Source of the DNA: Octopus vulgaris
Taxonomy: Eukaryota
Assembly: GCA_951406725.2 (NCBI GenBank)
Contig: OX597815.1
Coordinates: 68,634,001 to 68,698,000, forward strand
Direction of reading: 5' to 3'
Length of the DNA: 64,000 bases
Shown: piece after piece, positions 28,811-42,074 of the stretch
How the letters are laid out: every line of letters starts with the position of its first letter
Position numbering within the stretch: position 1 is the first letter of the stretch
Program-made: the position numbers and the translations under genes
The notes under the pieces: generated by a model
Told to the model about the DNA's origin: nothing
What the model saw: the letters and a program-made list of their open reading frames with translations, nothing else
Database searches by the model: none

Positions 28811-29085
28811 ACAGCAATAAAATTTCAACACAGTCCAATTTTCACATTTTATTTTTATATTTTTACAAGTGCTTTCATGTAATTGTATATCTTTCAGGTA
28901 AATGTGTATCTAATGGCATCAACAACTTAGGTGCTTCACAACTGATAATTCTCAGTTGTAAAGCACATAAGTTGTTGATGTCATCAGATAAACAATTACC
29001 TGAAGATTGTTTTAAAACATGAAAGTACTTGCAAAAATATAAAATAAAATGTGAAAAGTGGACTGTGTTGAAATTTGATTACCTA
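28811..29085. mobile_element. MITE with ~110-bp TIRs
   Basis: aaatttcaacacagtcc...catcaacaactta is inverted to taagttgttgatg...ggactgtgttgaaattt. Confidence 0.85.
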
Positions 29086-30576
29086 ACATATTTATCTATA
29101 TACAATTATACAAACCCTGAACTATGCACACACGCATGCATGCACCCGTCCATCCATACATGCATACATACATACATAGGTAGCTAGGTAGATTATATAA
29201 ATTGGTAGTATAGCAATATAAGTAATAACAGACAGAAAACACACACACAAAAACATATTTTAATTGGCTTTAAAGTTACATAAGTGATTAATTAGGCCAC
29301 AGCTGAGTGACAAAAATTTGTACACATCATGAAATACAATTTAAAGTGAATTTAATTGTTTTGTGTTATTAAAATGGTTCTTCCAGGAAATAGCTGCTTC
29401 AGTTTTAATACATGGTTTCAGACCCAGTCACTAGACACGTACAAGTCCAAAAGATACACATGTGAGTGTGTGTGTGTGTGTGTGTATATAAACATGTAGA
29501 TGTGTCATATATGTACACACAATGGACCAACACTGTGTGTTCCAGTCAACAGTTGTTAAAGTGAATGTACATGTAAAATCTATGTACTATATATGAAGAC
29601 ACACAGGCATACATTTACAAAATGTATATAAACACACGCACACACATGCTTTGTGCACACATATATTTGACTAGCTTCTAACAGTTTCTTTCTACCAAAT
29701 ACACTCTCAAGACTTTGGTTGACCCAGGGCTATAGTGGAAGACACTTGCCCAAAGTGAAACACTGATACTGAATCTGAAACCATGTAATTGGGAAGCAAG
29801 ATTCTCAACTATAAAGCCATGCCTGTGTCTCTCAAGGTTGGAAATTCTCTCTCTCTCTCACACACACACACACAAATTAGTATTGGTTGTGAGCATTTAA
29901 ATGCTTGATTAAGCAGGTCTGTGATGTACTCAGCTATATCACAGATCTGTAGCTTCTGGCTGAATCAAGTTGAAACTTTACAACATAAAAACAGGATGAC
30001 TTTAAATTTAGAGATATAATCCAGCCAACAGTCTTCCAGAAAATTTCCATCTACCCAATGCCACTCACGAGGCTTAGGGCAACCTATGGTAATGGTAGGA
30101 GGCATTTGTCCAATGTGGTCTAGAGTAGAATTGAACTTAGGCCCTTGTAATAACAAGCCAAAATTCTTAACTATTTGGCCATGCTCTGTCCACTTACACA
30201 AACAGACATGCACATACAGGCATTATATTGTGTCACCAATATATATGTTGTAGCTTGTTTGGCAAATCATATGTAAAGTTTTACAGTGATAGTGCCATTC
30301 AGGGCAATATTTGCTGCTACTTAATCTAGGTCCTCACATCTTAGAATCCCACTTGGTTGTCCAGGAAGTGAGTAAAGAAAGTAATACTCAAAACATGGGA
30401 ACTGAACTTACAAACATGTATAGAGAGGTTGATGGCTAAGTGTTGACAAGGAATACTCTTGCAGAAGAATAAATTTATCTAGTTGTGTGTGTGTGTGTGT
30501 GTGTGTCTGTCTGTTTGTCTGCGTGTGTAGCATTATTTAGATTCTGTCAGAGAACAACAATATTACACAGACTCAC

Positions 30577-30867
30577 CCGAGGAATTAGTTTGCAAATATT
30601 TGATGAGATTGGAGTTATTGATTGACTTCATTTGGGGAGATCCTGGTCCTGGGTCAGAGCTGTCTGTTTTATTACTTTTGACAGCCAAAAGAGAATAACC
30701 CTTGTCTGATGAAGATACTGGACTCAATACTGCATTTGACGCTTTAATGCTAAATGCTGTGTTATTACTCAGCTGACTGGGAGTCTGAACCCCAGGTTTA
30801 GTTATGTTTATACTTGATCCTGTCATACTATCAAAACCTTCCTTGAGGCTCTTAAGTGCATTTACAC
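30577..30867 (-). CDS. 291-nt symmetric phase-1 exon, copy A (Ser/Asn-rich, 97 codons)
   Basis: tttcactttttag acceptor, TCGG|gtgagt donor, open frame GVNALKSLKEGFD...LQTNSS. Confidence 0.85.
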
Positions 30868-30990
30868 CTAAAAAGTGAAATAAATACAATAATATAAAAA
30901 AAAATTATTATTCTCACATTTGCTTCAGGAAATATAAAAATAGCGTGTGATTTCATGAAAATATATTGGTTAAAAATCTTTGGGAAGAAA

Positions 30991-31430
30991 TTAATTCTTT
31001 TGATACCATCCTCCTTGGGACCATCCCTGGTTCTATGATACAAGCTTCATATTTAACATGATCTAAATTGAAATCTTCCATCAAAATTTTACATTAATTT
31101 CTGTTCTCAACAATAGCTTAACCATGAAACATTTAAACAGGCCATATCCAGCCCAAATATTCTACCTGTTTTATGTTGAAACCAACCAGATCTAGCCTTT
31201 CACACCTACCTTACATCATTCTAAAAAATTAATCATGTCATCAAAATCTTGAAGCCACAAGATAATGCATGATTAATTCAAAACAATGTGAATAAAGAAG
31301 CATTACATTTGACAGAGTAACCTGAATGCTTAAAGGTTAATTGTAACAAAGTTATTTTTCTTCAATATTTTCAAAATCAATTGAAACAAAGGTAGGTGTA
31401 TTTCACTAGAAATATGTTAACAAGAACAGT
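30991..31430 (+). mobile_element. MITE A with MITE B nested at an internal TTAA (~31118-31341)
   Basis: The MITE B body (as 21690-21865) is flanked by ttaa inside MITE A sequence. Confidence 0.7.
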
Positions 31431-31599
31431 AAAAGAAAATGCCATTTCTAAATATGTGACTTGTTTGAATAAGTTAAAAGCAGTTTTATAGTCACTGATT
31501 GCAGCTGTTACTTTGATTATTCAGGAACTGGAAAGTAGATAAAAATTAATTTCTGTGAAATCAGTGCAAACATTACTTATAAAAATGATATACACTCAC

Positions 31600-31656
31600 A
31601 GGAAATGTGAACTTGACATATTCTAAATACTCCAGAGTTGTTACTAGCAACTGCTA
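31600..31656 (-). CDS. Candidate 57-nt symmetric phase-1 exon (AVASNNSGVFRICQVHIS)
   Basis: tctttgtttttacag acceptor, cct|gtgagt donor, open and frame-preserving. Confidence 0.5.
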
Positions 31657-32964
31657 CTGTAAAAACAAAGACTATGAACTGTTCATGTGGACTACATGAA
31701 GTAACAGAGATGTTCTTTCCCGTAATTGAGATCTTTGGAGAGGGGAGCTGTTCAAGTGAAAGTATATCGGTTTGTGGTTAAAGTGTACACAGAGTCAAGA
31801 TAGTTCAACAAACTTTTGATCCTGTTAGCAATAGAGAGTTTCAGTATATAAAAGTTAGATTAAATAAAATCAGTATGAAATATGACGGTGATAAAAAAAT
31901 GTGTAATGAATGCAACAGGAACATGAAGCAAATGAAGAAGGTAAATGTTGAAGAGTCAACTGGAAAAAAACAATAAGGAGAAGCTAGATCCACAATGCCA
32001 TGGTTTTCAACAAGAAGAGAGAAGAGACTAGAGCAGAATCCACTATACAAAGAATATCAACAGATTTCTGCAATACTTGTACCTTTGGTCTTCAATTTCA
32101 TGAAAAATAAAAACATCACTGATAAAATTCCCTCACTTAATGAAAAACTCTTCTGCTACCAAATCATATTTGATTATGAGGTGACAATCAAGACAAAGAA
32201 GAATATCATTAGCATCATCATCATTTCACATCTGTTTTTATGCTGAATTGGGTTGGAGGACCATGCCTTGCTCCAGCGTCTCAGCTGTGGCATGATCTCT
32301 CCAGCTGGATCCACTTCCTAATGCCAACCACTTTACAGTGAGTACTGAGGGATTCTTTATGGCACCAGTACAAATGAAGTGACCAAGTAATGCTCCAAAC
32401 TAAAGACCCCTAAAAACTGAGACGGAATATGAGATAAAATGGTCACTTTCATTCCTCAGCACCTGGGATGGGGGTAGCAGGAACTGGTTTACTGTTGTGG
32501 GGAGATTCATGGCTGCCCTGCATTTTATACAGGTGGATGTGGAACACTAGAGTAGAACCTAAACAGATGTAAATGCAGTGATGATGAAATGTGTTCTAGT
32601 GCAAAACAATTAATTTCACGTTGCTCCAGTTCACTCAGCTGTAAATGGATAATCCCTTGACAGACTAGCCTACCAACTGAGGAGAATATTGGCCTGTTAA
32701 TGCAGCCAATGGGATGGTATCATTCGAAAGTTAGAATGATGCATATATATATATATATATATATCATCATCATCATCATCATCATTGTTTAACATCCATC
32801 TACCATGCATGCATGCATGGGTAGGCCAGATGACAGGAGCCAGTCAAGTAGAAGACTACCCCACACTACATACACACACACACACACACATGTAAAGAGA
32901 AGCTGATGGCTCACAGTGCTGAGAATGAATCCTCTCGCAAAAGAATGAAATTATCTGCTTTATT

Positions 32965-32996
<32 letters not shown>

Positions 32997-33223
32997 CATG
33001 TAGGTATGGTAAAATCTAAATTGTGTCCTCTTGAAGCACATCTGCTTATTCCAGTATTACAGTCCAGTATGTATTTGCTGTTGTTATACTGATGTGATTT
33101 TCTGTCCGAAGAATTTCAAATAGGAAATTCCAGCATGTACAACTTTTTGATTCCAATTAGTAAATGTAAATTATGTAATGCTGAATAAATAATACCAAAA
33201 AAAGTTTCCAACTTCCTGTTTTG

Positions 33224-33262
<39 letters not shown>

Positions 33263-33424
33263 TGCAGGTATGGCTGGGTGATAATAAATTTGCTTCCAGG
33301 TTCAGTTCAATTGTGTAGAATCTTGGGCAAGTGTCTTCTAGTATAGCCTCAGGCAAACCAAAGTGCTGTGAGTGGATTTGGTAGACAGAAACTGAAAGAA
33401 GCCTGTCATGTGTGTGTGTGTGTG

Positions 33425-33476
<52 letters not shown>

Positions 33477-33625
33477 CGCACACGCATTCGATTAGAGGTT
33501 GTGTTAATTTCGTGAAGGAATGGTTTCATCCAAGGAAATACTGGTTCAATACCTAGTTTTTTAAGGAAATTAATTTCTTAAAATACTAGGTATATATATA
33601 AAAATATATAGTTTATATTTATATA

Positions 33626-33940
33626 AAAGAAGAAAAAAAATGGAGATTAGAAGGTTAATGATTGTTTATTATTAACAGCAAATTAATCATCTTCACTTAC
33701 AGCTGTTTCAGTTAATTCTCAGTAAATATTAAATTTATAATACCTGAGCATAATATCTTCAGAGGAAAAAAATATATCCTTGGATGTTTTATGTATGTTT
33801 ATGGATTCATTATAGCAGGCTGATATAATATCTAATATTTACAGACTATAAACTGAAACAGCTGTAAGTGAATATGATTAATGTGCTGTTTCTAATAAAC
33901 AATTATTAACCGCCCACACTCCATTTTCTTTTCTCCTTTT
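33626..33940. repeat. ~85-bp inverted repeat with GAAACAGCTGTA motifs (Penelope-like relic?)
   Basis: cacttacagctgtttcagtt / aactgaaacagctgtaagtg arms. Confidence 0.7.
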
Positions 33941-34645
33941 ATGTGTGTGTGTGTGTGTGTGTGTGTTTGTCTTTGTGTTTGGCTCCCCATCACTGCTTGG
34001 CAACAAGTGTTGGTTTGTTTACACCTCCATGAATTAGTGGTTCAGCAAAAGAGACTGATAGAATAAGTACTAGGCTTAAGAAATAAGTCCTGAGGTCAAT
34101 TTTTTAAACTAAAACCCTGATGGTGGTTCTCTACTATGGCCACAATCAAATGACTGAAACAAGTAAAAGAATATATATATCATCATCACCATCATTTAAT
34201 GTCCATTTTCCATGTTCGCATGGGTTGAATGGTTTGAGGAGAGCTGGCAAGCAGAGGACTGTGCAAAGCTCAATTGTCTATTTTGGCATGGTGTCTATGG
34301 TTAGATGCTTTTCTTAACATCAACCACATTACAGAGTGTACAACGTGCTTTTTTTCATGACACCAGCTTGAGCAAGGTCACCAAGCAACTTGGAAGATAA
34401 AAGCGAAGTCCTGTGGACTGAGAAGGGTAGTAGTAGTATAGAGGAAGATGGCTTTGAGCTAGCTGATGGCAGTTCAAAAGAATAACATAGTGTTAGAGAT
34501 AGGTGCCTTGCTGTAAAAGAGATACAAGGATATACCCCTGTTGGAGACGAAGGGAGAAAAAGAGAGACTCAGAGAGAAAGATAAAAATGGAGAGAGACAA
34601 AACATTGCTTGGATTCTGTCAGAGAACAATATTACACAGACTCAC

Positions 34646-34936
34646 CCGAGGAATTAGTTTGCAAATATTTGATGAGATTGGAGTTATTGAATGACTTCAT
34701 TTGGGGAGATCCTGGTCCTGGGTCAGAGCTGTCTGTTTTATTACTTTTGACAGCCAAAAGAGAATAACCCTTGTCTGATGAAGATACTGGACTCAATACT
34801 GCATTTGACGCTTTAATGCTAAATGCTGTGTTATTACTCAGCTGACTGGGAGTCTGAACCCCAGGTTTAGTTATGTTTATACTTGATCCTGTCATATTAT
34901 CAAAACCTTCCTTGAGGCTCTTAAGTGCATTTACAC
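34646..34936 (-). CDS. 291-nt symmetric phase-1 exon, copy B
   Basis: Same splice sites as copy A; two substitutions found by eye (S/N, I/F). Confidence 0.85.
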
Positions 34937-35462
34937 CTAAAAAGTGAAAAAAATATAATATATAGAAAAAAATTATTATTCTCACATTTGCTTCATGAAA
35001 TATAAAAACAGTGTGTGATTTCATGAAAATATATTGGTTAAAAATCTTTGGAAAGAAATTAACATCTTTTCAACACCAGCCTCCCTGGGATCATCCTTGG
35101 TTCTATGATACAAGCTTAAATGGGATTAACTGAGCAGGCACAACATGGTAGTTGCTAGTTCATCTCAAAGTGGTGGATGGTTGAAGGGCTGACAGCATTA
35201 AGTAATGAATTGGCTACAACTTACAGTCTGGCTGCCATAAGTATTGAATGAAATTGACCTGAAAAACTGTTGTGGCTTGGGTATGTATTTTATTGCATCA
35301 ATCCATGGTTGTATAAGTTGGCATGAATGATGTCTCCTACAGAGGTTGTGTACTAGCATGCAAGTTGGTTCAAGAAGCTTTCAACTTTTAATGATATTCT
35401 TATTCAAAGATTCCAGTCATCTTATAATAATTCTGCTTCTTCATATGTTACTTAGCCTGTCC

Positions 35463-35690
35463 GTAATGCTTTCATGTGATTAGTTGAAGAGAATGGCAAA
35501 GAATGAGAGAAAAAGAGGGAGAGAGAAACACCCATGATGTGAGGTAGAGGGTATGTAATTGTAATGCTTTCACATGATTAGTTGAAGGGAAAGAGAGACC
35601 AAGAGGGAGAAAGAAAAAGAGGGTGAGAGAAAAAAGATGGAGGGAAAAAGAGGGGGAGAAAAATGTCCATGATGTGAGGTAGGGGGATGT
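35463..35690. repeat. Imperfect purine-rich tandem duplication (~95-130 bp)
   Basis: gtaatgctttca...ccatgatgtgaggtag occurs twice. Confidence 0.75.
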
Positions 35691-37024
35691 GGCTAAAAAA
35701 GTTAGTTGAAGGTAATGATATAGAGGAGTAGAGTTAAGTAATAAAATTTTTCATCCCTTTTTCTTAAAATGTTCCATCCTTCTAATTTTGATATTTATAT
35801 TGATTTTAAATAGCCCCTCCAAATATAAACTCTTTAGAAACTGTAATATTACTTGTATCGCCACTAAATTTTTAAATTAATTAAATTTTAATAAAATCAG
35901 TATATAGTGGACATGTTTTTTAACCTCAGTCACCCTTATTAAATATTAAATATTAGTTAAATCCACTTGATCAATCTCCACAGAAACCTTATAATAAGTA
36001 AATATTTTAGATAAGTAAAAAGTATATAAACATTAATCTATTTCTTTGTAATTTTCTGTTACCTCCATCTATTATAGTTAAAGGATTTTGATATGTAAGT
36101 CAATAGTGGTATCCTGTTTGTTAAAATTCTCATTCTTAATAATCTTCTTGATTACCTTAAATAATACTTTTTAACCTTATACAGCATGATAGCATTGTTT
36201 GAAAAGTTTTTTTAAAGGAATTACTTGATTTCTCTTTTTCTCAAATAGCTGCTCTACCTTCCTGATCTTAGTATGTATAAAGAACTTTATATAAATAACA
36301 TTTCTAAATAAGTACCAATTAGAAAATATAAATCTCACGTAGGGTGTAATAATAACAATTTCTTAAACCTATAATATAACCCTTAATTTTATAAAAAGAT
36401 TAGTTAATAGTAAAAATTCTGTTCCATAACTTAATTATTTCTTTAGCCGACATTAAACATTAGTCTTTTATAGATATTATCGTGACAAGCAAATATAATT
36501 TTTAGTCTAACATTTTGAATTATTAAATTTTTTCTAAAAATATCTTCTCTATTGATGTTAATAAGCTAAATATACCTTACCATAGTTTTGATATATAAAC
36601 CATTTTACCCCTTTTCTATAATGTTCTACCAATGATTATTTTATTTTATTTTTAAAACTAGCTCTTATTTATTTATTTATATAAATAAAATTACTCTAAG
36701 TTTTATATCTCTATAAATTTCATACTCAGCTTATATAAAGCTATGCTGATATATTCACTATTTAAAATTTTTTAAAATCTGCTTAGACTAAAATTTTAAT
36801 ATTTAATATATAATTTAACATATTCTTTTTACCTCAATTTTCCTTTATTAAATACCATTTAATCAATAATTATAAATATATGTTAAATTAGTATTTAAAT
36901 ATATAAATATTGAACTATTTCTATATTTTCTGTCCCTCTATTGTGTAAAATTTTGATATATACTGAAAGTATTCATAAATATTCTTCTTAGTAATCTTTA
37001 CATTAACCCTAAACTCTATCTGTG

Positions 37025-37061
<37 letters not shown>

Positions 37062-37693
37062 CAGCAATGTTTTATAGTAGGTAAATGTAGAACTATATGA
37101 TAAGACTTCCCCTGTCCCATTAGCATTGGTCTGCTTAATAGCAGCTAACATCTTGTTTGAAGTATCTTCTTACTGAACCAAATGGTTTTGCTTCAAATAA
37201 ATCTTGATTTATGACTATGCCACTTAAATTGTCTATCTACTCAACCCCACCCCAAACTCTCAGATTTGATAAACAAGCCTATAAAATTAAAACTGAACCC
37301 ACCCCCTAATTAAATCTGAATAACAGAAATAATCAGTGAAAAGCAATTTCAGTGACAACTGTGATGTTGGTAAAACATGTTCTTTGTTTATCTCCTTATC
37401 TTCTTGGAGATTTTGGATAAAATTATACTAATGTGTCCTTCAAATTTAATTAAATTCTATGTTTTTTGTGCAGCTGAAGATTGCTCTACATTTTTAATTG
37501 ATATAATGTTTGCATTGTTCAATAAAATGGAGTTGCATGAAACAATCGTACTGCATTACCTCTGGATATCCTTGTTGCTTATTTTGATTATAATGACCTT
37601 ATTTTAAATTGTATGGATAATACCATACTAAATTCTGGTGCCTCAACTTAAGTACCATATTCATTTGAATCTAAATTTTTACTCAACTTATAA

Positions 37694-37736
<43 letters not shown>

Positions 37737-37974
37737 TAGTCAATCCAAACAAGAACAAGCAAGAAAAAACAACAATGCGAGGACATGGAACAAGTACTGT
37801 GTTATTGGACACTCAGGAAAGGAAAGAAAAGAAAGAGAACTTCATGTTTCAAGTGGAGCTCTTCATCAAAAATATAGAAACAGTCCAAAGAAGGGAAGAC
37901 AAAGAAGAAAATTGCCAACGATACACGCGGTCACATATTGAAATGACCGGAAGGGAATGGGTGAAGAAATATAT

Positions 37975-38270
37975 ACATTCTTTTACTCTTTTACTTCTTT
38001 CAGTCATTTGTCTGTGGCCATGCTGGAGCACCGCCTTTAGTCGAACAAATCAACCCCAGGACTTATTCTTTGTAAGCCTAGTACTTATTCTATCGGTCTC
38101 TTTTACCGAACTGCTAAGTTACAGGGACATAAACACACCAGCATCGGTTGTCAAGCCATGTTGGGGGAACAAACACAGACACACAAACACACACACACAC
38201 ATATATATATACATACATGTATACGACAGGCTTCTTTCAGTTTCCGTCTACCAAATCCACTCACAAGGCT
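37975..38270 (-). mobile_element. CORE-type SINE family B (3' part)
   Basis: Reverse complement of 39930-40203. Confidence 0.85.
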
Positions 38271-38293
38271 TTATATGTATAATATATATATAA

Positions 38294-38324
<31 letters not shown>

Positions 38325-38344
38325 CGTAAAAATATATAAATACA

Positions 38345-39390
38345 TGTGGGCTAAAAACATTTTACAAAGCACCTTGTTATGTGGCACAACTCATCTGTTG
38401 TCGATATTGAAATCTTGACCATCAACCATTGATATAGTTGCTATATGTCCACCCTCTTGCAGTGCCCTGCGATGGTATAAAGGGCAACCATCATTGCCAG
38501 TCTTGGTTTCATGTATAAATTTTCATGGGTAACGCTTTATGCACCTCCCATTGTCCATACATGCAGAGTTATGATTAAGGTAGCCACACAGTCCATGGAT
38601 CATGTTGGTTTTAATGATATGAAAAAGGACTGGTTCTCCTTGGGGATTTGGCAATTCAGCACTGATAATGGAATCAACATCAGTCGACATGAGCTTGTTT
38701 TGAAGCCAAAGGAGAATATGGGCATGTGGAAGTCCCCTCTTCTGCCGTTCAATAGTGTACATGAAACACCGTACTGGTCCAAAAAGTTGTCCATGCCTAA
38801 TAACATCCATCATTTTCTTAAGCTTAAGGTGAAACACTCTGAATATGATATCATGTCTGTCTGAAGGATTTTGGCCAGGAAATAGGTGAGACTGGGTATC
38901 TCTCCAGGAAATAGGTGAGACCAGGTATCTTCTCAATAAGGATAATTGATGGATAACGAACTTTAATAACACAATAAGCGAAAAGGACAGAGAAAGGAAG
39001 TGAAAGATGTATGTAAGTCCATATAAAATGGACGCGTGTGTGTGTGAGAGAGAAAGAGAATGAAAAAGAGAGAGAGTGAGTGAGTGATGGTGTGTGTCGT
39101 GATGATTAATGTCTTTTAAGGTAGACACACATAGAAAATGTGACATTGTATAAAATGTTTATGATAGTTGATTTATGAAAAAGATTATAATGTTAAATTT
39201 TTGAAATGCAAATATGTGAATGGAAATTAATTTGTAGCCAAAATAGTACTGAATCTTTTGATACCCCATACGTCAAAATCTGTAACTCGGTTTTGGAATG
39301 CATAAATATATATATATAGGAAAGACTACTTTCAAACTGAAAGTATATATACATATATAGGACAGACTACTTTCACATTACAATAGAGAT
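38345..39390 (-). mobile_element. Helitron relic with Rep (HUH) domain fragment
   Basis: YTIERQKRGLPHAHILLW...IISAELP...MIHG..CG...CIKRYP, then DGCPLYHRR; TC-type 5' end near 39389. Confidence 0.9.
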
Positions 39391-39836
39391 ATATTACTGA
39401 AATAGTGTAAGAGTACTTCAATTCTGTGTTTTTACTGCTGACATTTATCAATGGTGTTTCCGATCATTTTGAAGCACCGTTTTCTATCCATAATAGAACT
39501 ATTGGAATTTTCGACAACACAAGCATGCTAGAAAATTTATAAAACTTCAGATCCCTTAATAAATATTTAGACTTTGTCCATTTCAAAATTCTAGCTTACA
39601 AAAAAGGAAAAATTTTTTTTTTCTTTTTTGTTTTAAGTTGTTTTTGCAGACATCCTCCTGGAGGAATTCAAACAGAACAACAACCACACTATTTTGATCA
39701 TTCTGAAAAAAGACTGCAAGAAATAAGGCAGCAGCTCTTGATCCTTACACCAAACACATTTACAACAAACATCTTGTTATATTTATATACAATTCAAAAA
39801 AGCTACCTTGTTTAAAAGAAAAAATTATATCATATA

Positions 39837-39972
39837 GGTGCAGGAGTGGCTATGTGGTAAGAAGCTTGCTTCCCAACCACATGGTACCTTGAGCAAGTGC
39901 CTTCTACTATAGCCTCAGGCAAACCAAAGCTTTGTGAGTGGATTTGGTAGACAAAAACTCAAAGAAGCCCAT

Positions 39973-40011
<39 letters not shown>

Positions 40012-40203
40012 ATGTCAGTGTTTGTCTCCGTACCATTGCTTGATAACTGATGTTGGTGTGTTTACGTCCCTCTAACTTGGTGGTTCAGCAAAAGAGACCA
40101 ATAGAATAGACTTACAACGAATAAGTCCTGAGGTCAATTTGTTTGACTAAAGGCAATGCTCCAGCATAGCCACAGTCAAATGACTGAAACAAGTAAAAGA
40201 ATA
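39837..40203 (+). mobile_element. CORE-type SINE family B (near full length)
   Basis: ggagtggctatgtggtaaga tRNA-like head, accttgagcaagtg CORE signature, (GT)n, tail gactgaaacaagtaaaaga; many partial copies elsewhere (e.g. 14510, 29670, 33260, 57712). Confidence 0.85.
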
Positions 40204-40687
40204 CCTTTAATTAATGAAATCTGATGAAGAATCTCTCATAAGAACTACAGAATAAGAAAAAAATTAAATTTAACTAATTGAAGAATAGCCAATGCTTTTA
40301 ACATCTCAACAATACTAGAAAGCTTGGCATTTGTTGTCCTTTCATACAGCTATGAATAGGAATTGGCTTTGATCTGTATGATTTAAGCTCTTAATCAATA
40401 ATTTATAGCTATTCTTTTAATGCATGATAGCAACATTAAGTTTTATCTGTTTGTTATGGTGACTGAAAATACAGCAAAACTAGATTAATTAACTTTCTTA
40501 ATTTACTACTGCCACACTATGTCTGGTTATACTTAATATTATTAGCTGAATTTGATTTTCTTTCCTTATCTGGTAAAATATATTTTATTCCACCATTTCT
40601 TGAAATAAACAAACTTTCTTTACCATACCTCTAGCAGCTATATTTACACAGACAGATAAATATGTGTACATGTGTTTGTGCGCGCGC

Positions 40688-40721
<34 letters not shown>

Positions 40722-40910
40722 TTGGTTAGAATCAGCTATAAATATCAAGACTGTTGTTGTTGTTGAACACAGCAACTTCACAGGAGAATGTCCACTAGGT
40801 GTCAGATATCTGCAACCAGTAGATTAAGGTAACACTTCATTCAGATTTTGAGAACTCTGTTAAGGATTCATTCATTCCAAGCAACACTATTTTCTGTAGA
40901 TACTCTATAT

Positions 40911-41937
40911 TATTACCTTCACCTTAGCGAAGACAGTGGTATTGTTTTCAGTCATGTTTGTTTGTCCATGGACAAGATGTTTCAAGAACCGCTGGATGGA
41001 TTCAGATGAAACATTCAGGGATGTTTGGCCTTGTGACTGGCATGAACTGATTAGATTTTCGGATCGATCCAGTACCAAACAAGGATTTTGGATTATTTGT
41101 TAGATTTACTTTACATGAAGTATTACAATCTTATGGACTTTCAAGTCTTTCTCTGATTATCTCTCTTCAAAGTATGCTCATGGTTTCCATGTAAGCTATG
41201 GTGGCATTGCTGTTTCCAAAGTTTTATTTTTGTTACTCCATTATTAATTTTACTCATGTCTCTATCTTAGTAGAAACTGATGGATAAAGAAATCAAACTA
41301 CATAAACAAACAGCAGCAAAACTGTTCAGAAATTAAATAACACTAACACATTCAGTAACAATAATTAATTTATCCTCAACAATTTTTAGTTTTACCAATT
41401 TTGAATAGATCACTCCTGTTTAAAAACCGCTTACCTACATGACAATTGCATTTCTAGCTCTGCCTTGAAGGAAGCTTTACTTCTTGGACTCACATTTTTG
41501 TGCACAACAATGTTGTTAAACCGCCATTAACAGCACCATATGCAGGTCCTTTCCGTTTTCTTTCCCGCACGGATAAATTTTTCACTATAGACCTTAATGG
41601 TAGTAATGACACTATATCAGTGGCCTTCATAGAGAAAACTGTCCCTGTTCCCACTGCAGACGACGCACACACAGCATTACAAACATGGCCCACACACCCA
41701 CCTTCACATTCCATGACTACCATTGGAATCAATCAGGTACTGGACAAGGATTCTGGATTATTTTTCCAGTTTTTATACTTAAATTTTCGAGAGCGATCTG
41801 CTTCATTTTTAGTATTCTCATTTGTGAGAGCAGTGGAGTTTATTTCAGATATTCTCATTTTAAAAATCATCTCTGGTTAATTGTTGAGAGGACATTGGTG
41901 TTGCCTTGGCAGAGGTTTGTGCTCTCTGAGTGCTCTT
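40911..41937 (+). mobile_element. Non-autonomous Helentron (HINE/DINE-like) with internal insertion
   Basis: attaccttcacc...gtttgtttgt 5' part; ccttggcagaggtttgtgctctctgagtgc 3' sub-terminal repeat plus hairpin. Confidence 0.65.
41488..41640 (+). pseudogene. Ty3/Gypsy integrase C-terminal (GPY/F) fragment
   Basis: THIFVHNNVVKPPLTAPYAGPFRFLSRTDKFFTIDLNGSNDTISV. Confidence 0.8.
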
Positions 41938-42074
41938 ATTATTATTATTATAATTTCTTTTAAAATAAAATATGGTCTGTTGTCTTCTGTTGAACCAGGG
42001 TCATCCCTTGACCCTAGGGTCACAGCAGGTCCTCATCTCATGGAGAATACACAGCATAAAATGTGTGTGGAACC

